Shown piece by piece: positions 29,761 through 39,700 of a stretch of DNA of 42,195 nt. The stretch is from the NCBI GenBank assembly GCA_964016885.1, contig CAXHJY010001165.1:1-42195 (forward strand), written 5' to 3'. Under the pieces are notes generated by a model. It made no database searches and was not told where the DNA came from. It saw nothing but the letters and a program-made list of their open reading frames with translations. A program made the position numbers and the translations under genes. The DNA is from Eledone cirrhosa. Taxonomy: Eukaryota. Each line of letters starts with the position of its first letter. Within the stretch, counting starts at the first letter, position 1.

Positions 29761-32700
29761 TTATTTAGCACTAGAGATGGTTTATTTAGCACCAGTGATA
29801 GTTTATTTAGTACCAGTGATAGTTTATTTACTACCAGTGATAGTTTATTTAGTACCAGTGATGGTTTATCTAGTACCAGTGATAGTTTATGTAGCACTAG
29901 AGATGGTTTATTTAGCACCAGTGATAGTTTATTTAGTACCAGTGATAGTTTATTTAGTACCAGTCATAGTTTATTTAGTACCAATGATATTTTATTTAGT
30001 ACCGGTGATACTTTATTTAGTACCAGTGATAGTTTATTTAGCACCAGTGATAGTTTATTTAGCACCAGTGATAGTTTATTTAGTACCAATGATAGTTTAT
30101 TTAGTACCAGTGATGCTTTATCTAATACCAGTGATAGTTTATTTAGCACTAGAGATGGTTTATTTAGCACTAGTAATAGTTTATTTATTACCAGTGATAG
30201 TTTATTTAGTACCAGTGATGGTTTATCTAGTACCAGTGATAGTTTATCTAGCACTAGAGATGGTTTATTTAGCACCAGTGATAGTTTATTTAGTACCTGT
30301 GATAGTTTATTTAGTACCAGTGATAGTTTATTTAGTACCAGTGATGGTTCATCTAGTACCAGTGATAGTTTATTTAGCACTAGAGATGGTTTATTTAGCA
30401 CCAGGGATAGTTTATTTAGTACCAGTGATGGTTTATCTAGTACCAGTGATAGTTTATTTAGTACCAGTGATAGTTTATTTAGTACCAGTGATAGTTTATT
30501 TAGCACCAGTGATAGTTTATTTAGTACCAGTGATAGTTTATTTAGTACCAGTGATGGTTTATCTAGTACCAGTGATAGTTTATTTCGTACCAGTGATAGT
30601 TTATTTAGTACCAGTGATGGTTTATCTAGTACCAGTGATAGTTTATTTAGTACCAGTGATAGTTTATTTAGTACCAGTGATAGTTTATTTAGTACCAGTG
30701 ATGGTTTATCTAGTACCAGTGATAGTTTATTTAGTACCAGTGATAGTTTATTTAGTACCAGTCATGGTTTATCTAGTACCAGTGATAGTTTATTTAGTAA
30801 CAGTGATGGTTTATTTAGTACCAGTGATGGTTTATTTAGCACCAGTGATAGTTTATTTAGTACCAGTGATGGTTTATTTAGCACCAGTGATAGTTTATTT
30901 AGTACCAGTGATAGTTTATTTAGTACCAGTGATGGTTTATCTAGTACCAGTGATAGTTTATTTAGTACCAGTGATAGTTTATTTAGTACCAGTGATAGTT
31001 TATTTAGCACCAGTGATAGTTTATCTAGTACCAATGATAGTTTATTTAATACCAGTGATAATTTATTTAGTACCAGTGATACTTTATTTAGTACAGTGAT
31101 AGTTTATTTAGTACCAGTGATAGTTTATTTAGTACCAGTGATATTTAATTTAGCATCAGTGATATTTTATTTAGCACTAGTGATAGTTTATTTATTACCA
31201 GTGATAGTTTATTTAGCACCAGTGATAGTTTATTTATCACCAGTGATAATTTATTTAGTACCAGTGATAGTTTATTTAGTACCAGTGATACTTTATTTAG
31301 AACTTGTGACAGTGTATTTAGTACCAGTGATAGTTTATTTAGCAGCAGTGATATTTTATTTAGCACCAGTGATAGTTTATTTAGCACCAGTGATAGTTTA
31401 TTTAGTACCAGTGGTAGTTTATTTAGTACCAGTGATAATTTATTTAGTACCAGTGATAGTTTATTTAGCACCAGTGATAGTTTATTTAGTACCAGTGATA
31501 GTTTATTTAGTACCAGTGATAGTTTATTTAGTACCAGTGATGGTTTATTTAGCACTAGAGATGGTTTATTTAGCACCAGTGATAGTTTATTTAGCTACAG
31601 TGATGGTTCATTTAGCACCAGTGATAGTTTATTTAGCACCAGTGATAGTTTATATAGTAGCAGTGATGGTTTATTTAGTACCAGTGATAGTTTATTTAGT
31701 ACCAGTGATAGTTTATTTAGCACTAGAGATGGTTTATTTAGTACAAGTGATAGTTTGTTTAGTACCAGTCATAGTTTATTTAGTACCAATGATATTTTAT
31801 TTAGTACCGGTGATACTTTATTTAGTACTAGTGATAGTTTATTTAGCAACAGTGATAGTTTATTTAGCACCAGTGATAGTTTATTTAGTACGAGTGATAG
31901 TTTATTTAGTACCAGTGATGGTTTATCTAGTACCAGTGATAGTTTATTTAGCACTAGAGATGGTTTATTTAGCACCAGTGATAGTTTATTTAGTACCAGT
32001 GATAGTTTATTTACTACCAGTGATAGTTTATTTAGTACCAGTGATGGTTTATTTAGTACCAGTGATGGTTTATCTAGTACCAGTGATAGTTTATTTAGTA
32101 CCAGTGATAGTTTATTTAGTACCAGTGATAGTTTATTTAGTACCAGTGATGGTTTATCTAGTACCAGTGATAGTTTATTTAGTACCAGTGATAGTTTATT
32201 TAGTACTAGTCATAGTTTATTTAGTACCAGTGATGGTTTATCTAGTACCAGTGATAGTTTATTTAGTACCAGTGATAGTTTATTTAGTACCAGTGATGGT
32301 TTATTTAGCACCAGTGATAGTTTATTTAGTACCAGTGATAGTTTATTTAGTACCAGTGATATTTTATTTAGCATCAGTGATATTTTATTTAGCACTAGTG
32401 ATAGTTTATTTATTACCAGTGATAGTTTATTTAGCACCAGTGATAGTTTATTTACCACCAGTGATAATCTATTTAGTACCAGTGATAGTTTATTTAGTAC
32501 CAGTGATACTTTATTTAGAACTAGTGACAGTGTATTTACTACCAGTGATAGTTTATTTAGCAGCAGTGATATTTTATTTAGCACCAGTGATAGTTTATTT
32601 AGCACCAGTGATAGTTTATTTAGTACCAGTGATAGTTTATTTAGTAACAGTGATAGTTTATTTAGTACCAGTGATGGTTTATTTAGCACTAGAGATGGTT

Positions 32701-34959
32701 TATTTAGCGCCAGTGATAGTTTATTTAGCTACAGTGATGGTTCATTTAACACCCGTGATAGGTTATTTAGCAACAGTGATAGTTTATTTAGCATTAGAGA
32801 TGGTTTATTTTACTCCAGTGATAGTTTATTTAGTACCAGTGATAATTTATTTGTACCAGTGATAGTTTATTTAGCAACAGTCATAGTTTATTTAGCACCA
32901 GTCATAGTTTATTTAGCACCAGTGATAGTTTATTTAGTACCAGTGATAGTTTATTTAGCACTAGAGATGGTTTATTTGACACCAGTGATAGTTTATTTAG
33001 CACCAGTAAAAGTTTATTTAGTACCAGTGATGGTTTATTTAGTACAAGTGATGGTTTATTTATCACCAGTGATGGTTTATTTAGTACCAGTGATAGTTTA
33101 TTTAGCACCAGTGATAGTTTATTTAGTACAGTGATAGTTTATTTAGTACCAGTGATAGTTTATTTAGTACCAGTGATATTTTATTTAGCATCAGTGATAT
33201 TTTATTTAGCACTAGTGATAGTTTATATATTACCAGTGATAGTTTATTTAGCACCAGTGATAGTTTATTTAGCACCAGTGATAGTTTATTTAGTACCAGT
33301 GATAGTTTATGTAGTACCAGTGATAGTTTATTTAGTACCAGTGATAGTTTATTTAGCACCAGTGATAGTTTATTTAGCACTAGAGATGGTTTATTTTACT
33401 CCAGTGATAGTTTATTTAGTACCAGTGATAATTTATTTGTACCAGTGATAGTTTATTTAGCAACAGTCATAGTTTAGTTAGCACCAGTGATAGTTTATTT
33501 AGCACCAGTGATAGTTTATTTAGTACCAGTGATAGTTTATTTAGCACTAGAGATGGTTTATTTGACACCAGTGATAGTTTATTTAGCACCAGTAACAGTT
33601 TATTTAGTACCAGTGATGGTTTATTTAGTACAAGTGATAGTTTATTTAGTACCAGTGATAGTTTATTTAGCACCAGTGATAGTTTATTTAGCACCAGTGA
33701 TAGTTTATTTAGTACCAGTGATAGTTTATTTAGCACCAGCGATAGTTTATTTAGTACCAGTGATAGTTTATTTAGTAACAGTGATAGTTTAATTAGCACT
33801 AGAGAGGGGTTATTTAGTATCAGTGATAGGTTATTTAGTACCAGTGATACTTTATTTAGCACCAGTGATAGTTTATTTAGCACTAGAGATGGTTTATTTA
33901 GCACCAGTGATATTTTATTTAGCACCAGTGATAGTTTATTTAGCACCAGTAATATTATATTTAGTACCAGTGATAGTTTATTTAGTACCAGTGATAGTTT
34001 ATTTAGTACCAGTGATAGTTTATTTAGTACCAGTGATAGTTTATTTAGTACCAGTGATAGTTTATTTAGCACCAGTGATAGTTTATCTAGTACCTGTGAT
34101 AGTTTATTTAATAGCAGTGATAATTTATTTAGTACCAGTGATACTTTATTTAGTACAGTGATAGTGTATTTAGTACCAGTGATAGTTTATTTAGTACCAG
34201 TGATGGTTTATTTAGTACAAGTGATGGTTTATTTATCACCAGTGATGGTTTATTCAGTACCAGTGATAGTTTATTTAGCACCAGTGATAGTTTATTTAGT
34301 ACAGTGATAGTTTATTTAGTACCAGTGATAGTTTATTTAGTACCAGTGATATTTAATTTAGCATCAGTGATATTTTATTTAGCACTAGTGATAGTTTATT
34401 TATTACCAGTGATAGTTTATTTAGCACCAGTGATAGTTTATTTACCACCAGTGATAATTTATTTAGTACCGGTGATAGTTTATTTAGTACCAGTGATACT
34501 TTATTTAGAACTAGAGATGGTTTATTTAGCACCAGTGATAGTTTATTTAGCTACAGTGATGGTTCATTTAGCACCAGTGATAGCTTATTTAGCACCAGTG
34601 ATAATTTATTTAATACCAGTGATAGTTTATTTAGCACCAGTGATAGTTTATCTAGTACCAGTGATAGTTTATTTAGTACCAGTGATAGTTTATTTAGTAC
34701 CAGTGATAGTTTATTTAGCACCAGTGATAGTTTATTTACCACCAGTGATAATTTATTTAGCTACAGTGATGGTTCATTTAGCACCAGTGATAGTTTATTT
34801 AGCACCAGTGATAGTTTATTTAGTAGCAGTGATAGTTTATTTAGTACCAGTGATAGTTTATTTAGCAACAGTGATAGTTTATTTAGCACCAGTGATAGTT
34901 TATTTAGTACGAGTGATAGTTTATTTAGTACCAGTGATGGTTTATCTAGTACCAGTGAT

Positions 34960-36000
34960 AGTTTATTTAGCACTAGAGATGGTTTATTTAGCACCAGTGA
35001 TAGTTTATTTAGTACCAGTGATAGTGTATTTACTACCAGTGATAGTTTATTTAGTACCAGTGATGGTTTATCTAGTACCAGTGATAGTTTATGTAGCACT
35101 AGAGATGGTTTATTTAGCACCAGTGATAGTTTATTTAGTACCAGTGATAGTTTATTTAGTACCAGTCATAGTTTATTTAGTACCAATGATATTTTATTTA
35201 GTACCGGTGATACTTTATTTAGTACCAGTGATAGTTTATTTAGCACCAGTGATAGTTTATTTAGCACCAGTGATAGTTTATTTAGTACCAATGATAGTTT
35301 ATTTAGTACCAGTGATGCTTTATCTAATACCAGTGATAGTTTATTTAGCACTAGAGATGGTTTATTTAGCACTAGTAATAGTTTATTTATTACCAGTGAT
35401 AGTTTATTTAGTACCAGTGATGGTTTATCTAGTACCAGTGATAGTTTATCTAGCACTAGAGATGGTTTATTTAGCACCAGTGATAGTTTATTTAGTACCT
35501 GTGATAGTTTATTTAGTACCAGTGATAGTTTATTTAGTACCAGTGATGGTTCATCTAGTACCAGTGATAGTTTATTTAGCACTAGAGATGGTTTATTTAG
35601 CACCAGGGATAGTTTATTTAGTACCAGTGATGGTTTATCTAGTACCAGTGATAGTTTATTTAGTACCAGTGATAGTTTATTTAGTACCAGTGATAGTTTA
35701 TTTAGTACCAGTGATGGTTTATCTAGTACCAGTGATAGTTTATTTAGTACCAGTGATAGTTTATTTAGTACCAGTCATGGTTTATCTAGTACCAGTGATA
35801 GTTTATTTAGTAACAGTGATGGTTTATTTAGTACCAGTGATGGTTTATTTAGCACCAGTGATAGTTTATTTAGTACCAGTGATGGTTTATTTAGCACCAG
35901 TGATAGTTTATTTAGTACCAGTGATAGTTTATTTAGTACCAGTGATGGTTTATCTAGTACCAGTGATAGTTTATTTAGTACCAGTGATAGTTTATTTAGT
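34960..36000 (+). repeat. Dispersed copy of ~29760-31000 at an offset of 5,202 then 5,013 bp
   Basis: The minus-strand ORF ends 29964/35166 and 30762/35775 correspond. Shared rare variants GATGCTTTATCTAATACC, CAGGGATAG, GTTCATCTAG and GTCATGG. Confidence 0.8.
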
Positions 36001-36680
36001 ACCAGTGATGGTTTATTTAGCACCAGTGATAGTTTATTTAGTACCAGTGATAGTTTATTTAGTACCAGTGATGGTTTATTTAGCACCAGTGATAGTTTAT
36101 TTAGTACCAGTGATGGTTTATCTAGTACCAGTGATAGTTTATTTAGTACCAGTGATAGTTTATTTAGTACCAGTGATGGTTTATTTAGCACCAGTGATAG
36201 TTTATTTTGTACCAGTAATAGTTTATTTAGTACCAGTGATAGTTTATTTAGTAACAGTGATAGTTTATTTAGTACCAGTGATGGTTTATCTAGTACCAGT
36301 GATAGTTTATTTAGTACCAGTGATAGTTTATTTAGTACCAGTGATAGTTTATTTAGTACCAGTGATAGTTTATTTAATACCAGTGATAGTTTATTTAGTA
36401 CCAGTGATGGTTTATCTAGTACCAGTGATAGTTTATTTAGTACCAGTGATAGTTTATTTAGCACTAGAGATGGTTATTTAGTACTAGTGATAGTTTATTT
36501 AGTACCAGTGATGGTTTACTTAGTACCAGTGATGGTTTATCTAGTACCAGTGATAGTTTATTTAGTACCAGTGATAGTTTGTTTAGTACCAGTGATAGTT
36601 TATTTAGTACCAGTGATAGTTTATTTAGTACAAGTGATGGTTTATTTAGCACTAGAGATGGTTTATTTAGTATAAGTGAT

Positions 36681-36710
36681 GGTTTATTTAGCTCTGATGA
36701 TGAGTGGAGT
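36681..36710 (+). other. Spacer-free, in-register junction between the 21-bp and 28-bp satellites
   Basis: The sequence reads GGTTTATT-TAGCTCT-GATGATGAGTGG. TAGCTCT (36689-36695) fits both the 21-mer variant TTTAGCTCTAGAG (seen at 2081) and the 28-mer TAGCACTGATGATGAG. Confidence 0.9.
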
Positions 36711-39700
36711 AGTGGGTAGCACTTGTGATGATTGGAGTAGTGGGATGCAGTGGTGATGAGTGGAGTAGTGGGTAGCACTGGGGGTGAGTGGAGTGGTGGG
36801 TAGCACTGATGATGAGTGGAGTAGTGGGTAGCACTTGTGATGAGTGGAGTAGTGAGTAGCAGTGATGATGAGTGGAGTAGTGTGTAGCACTGGTGATGAG
36901 TGGAGTAGTGGGTAGCACTGGGGATGAGTGTAGTATTGGGTAGCACTGATGATGAGTGGAGTAGAGGGAGGGTATCAGTGATGATGAGTGGAGTAGTGGG
37001 TAGCACTGATGATGAGTGGAGTAGTGGGTAGCACTGATGATGAGTGGAGTAGTGGGTAGCACTGGTGATGAGTGGGGTAGTGGGTAGCACTGGGGGTGAG
37101 TGTAGTAGTGGGTAGCACTGGGGATGAGTGGAGTAGGTGTTAGCATTGATGACGAGTGGAGTAGTGGGTTGCACTGGTGATGAGTGGAGTAGTGGGTGGC
37201 ACTGGTGATGAGTGGAGTAGTGGTTAGCAGTGGTGATGAGTGGAGTAGTGGGTACAGTGGTGATGAGTGGAGTAGTGGGTAGCAGTGGTGATGAGTGGAG
37301 TAGTGGGTAGCACTGGGGATGAGTGGAGTAGTGGGTAGCAGTGGTGATGAGTGGAGTAGTGGGTAGCACTGGAGGTGTGTGGAGTAGTGTGTAGCAGTGG
37401 TGATGAGTGGAGTAGTGGGTAGCACTGGGGATGAGTGGAGTAGTGAGTAGCAGTGGTGATGAGTGGAGTAGTGGGTAGCACTGGGGATGAGTGGAGTAGT
37501 CGGTAGCAGTGGTGATGAGTGGAGTAGTGGGTAGCACTGGGGATGAGTGGAGTAGTGAGTAGCACTGGGGATGAGTGGAGTAGTGGGTAACAGTGGTGAT
37601 GAGTGGAGTCGTGGGTAGCACTGGGTTTGAGTGGAGTAGTGGGTACAGTGAGGATGAGTGGAGTAGTGGGTAGCACTGGGTTTGAGTGGAGTAGTGGGTA
37701 CAGTGGTGATGAGTGGAGTAGTGGGTAGCCCTGGTGATGAGTGGAGTAGCGGGTAGCACTGATGATGAGTGGAGTTGTGGGGAGCACTGGGGATGAGTGG
37801 AGTAGTGGGTAGCACTGGGGATGAGTGGAGTAGTGGGTAGCAGTGATGATGAGTGGAGTAGTGTGTAGCACTGGTGATGAGTGGAGTAGTGGGTAGCACG
37901 GATGATGAGTGGAGTAGTGAGTAGCACTGGTGATGAGTGGAGTAGTGGGTTACAGTGGTGATGAGTGGAGTAGTGTGAAGCACTGGGGATGAGTGGAGTA
38001 GTGTGTAGCACTGGTGATGAGTGGAGTAGTGGGTTGCACTGGTGATGAGTGGAGTAGTGTGTAGCAGTGGTGATGAGTGGAGTAGTGGGTTGCACTGGTG
38101 ATGAGTGGAGTAGTGGGTAGCACTGGGGTTGGGTGGAGTAGTGGGTGGCAGTGGTGATGAGTGGAGTAGTGGGTAGCACTGGTGAAGAGTGGAGTAGTGT
38201 GTAGCACTGGGGTTGGGTGGAGTAGTGGGTGGCAGTGGTGATGAGTGGAGTAGTGGGTAGCACTGGTGAAGAGTGGAGTAGTGTGTAGCAATGGTGATGA
38301 GTGGAGTAGTGGGTAGCACTGGGGATGAGTGGAGTAGTGGGTACAGTGGTGATGAGTGGAGTAGTGGGTAGCACTGGTGATGAGTGGAGTAGTGTGTAGC
38401 AATGGTGATGAGTGGAGTAGTGGGTAGCAATGGTGATGAGTGGAGTAGTGGGTACAGTGGTGATGAGTGGAGTAGTGTGTAGCACTGGTGATGAGTGGAG
38501 TAGTGGGTGGCAGTGGTGATGAGTGGAGTAGTGGGTAGCACTGGTGATGAGTGGAGTAGTGTGTAGCAATGGTGATGAGTGGAGTAGTGGGTAGCACTGG
38601 GGTTGAGTGGAGTAGTGGGTGGCAGTGGTGATGAGTGGAGTAGTGGGTAGCACTGGTGATGAGTGGAGTAGTGTGTAGCAATGGTGATGAGTGGAGTAGT
38701 GGGTAGCACTGGGGATGAGTGGAGTAGTGGGTAGCACTGGTGATGAGTGGAGTAGTGTGTAGCAATGGTGATGAGTGGAGTAGTGGGTAGCAGTGGTGAT
38801 GAGTGGAGTAGTGGGTAGCACTGGGGATGAGTGGAGTAGTGGGTGGCAGTGGTGATGAGTGGAGTAGTGGGTAGCACTGGGGATGAGTGGAGTAGTGGGT
38901 AGCACTGGTGATGGGTGGAGTAGTGGGTAGCAGTGATGATGAGTGGAGTAGTGGGTTGCAGTGGTGATGAGTGGAGTAGTGGGTAGCAGTGGTGATGAGT
39001 GGAGTAGTAGTTAGCACTGGTGATGAGTGGAGTAGTGTGTTGCACTGATGATGAGTGGAGTCGTGGGTGGCAGTGGTTATGAGTGGAGTAGTGGGTAGCA
39101 GTTATGATGAGTGGAGTTGTGGGTTGCACTGATGATGAGTGGAGTAGTGGGTGGCAGTGGTCATGAGTGGAGTAGTGGGTAGCACTGGTGATGAGTGGAG
39201 TAGTGGGTTGCAGTGGTGATGAGTGGAGTAGTGGGTAGCACTGGTGATGAGTGGAGTAGTGGGTGGCAGTGGTGATGAGTGGAGTAGTGGGTAGCACTGG
39301 TGATGAGTGGAGTAGTGGGTTGCAGTGATGATGAGTGGAGTAGTGGGTAGAACTGGTGATGAGTTGAGTAGTGGGTAGCACTGGTGATGAGTGGAGTAGT
39401 GGATGGCAGTGGTGATGAGTGGAGTAGTGGGTAGCACTGGTGATGAGTGGAGTAGTGGGTGGCAGTGGTGATGAGTGGAGTAGTGGGTAGCACTGGTGAT
39501 GAGTGGAGTAGTGGGTGGCAGTGGTGATGAGTGGAGTAGTGGGTAGCACTGGTGATGAGTGGAGTAGTGGGTGCAGTTATGATGAGTGGAGTAGTGGGTA
39601 GCACTGGGGTTGAGTGGAGTAGTGGGTAGCACTGGGGTTGAGTGGAGTAGTGTGTAGCAATGGTGATGAGTGGAGTAGTGTGTAGCACTGGTGATGAGTG

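Larger units (their letters stand above)
1..36692 (+). repeat. 21-bp tandem satellite array, consensus AGTGATAGTTTATTTAG(C/T)ACC, ~1,750 monomers, ~30% GC, truncated at the left window edge
   Basis: Uninterrupted head-to-tail repetition is visible throughout. The 7-aa periodicity of the ORF translations (VIVYL[A/V]P, SDSLFST, LNKLSLV) confirms the 21-bp period. Rare 20-bp and 22-bp monomers account for the frame switches. Confidence 0.98.

Noticed and set aside
1-36690. Numerous ORFs encoding (VIVYL[A/V]P)n, (SDSLFST)n and (LNKLSLV)n, up to 725 aa
   Set aside because: They are a direct result of a 21-bp monomer with stop-free frames. They overlap on both strands, start at in-repeat GTG/ATG codons, are broken by 20/22-bp monomers and random stops, and contain no unique domain.
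1-36690. Plasmid iterons or replication origin (21-22 bp repeats)
   Set aside because: Iterons occur as a few copies next to a rep gene. Here there are ~1,750 copies and no gene.
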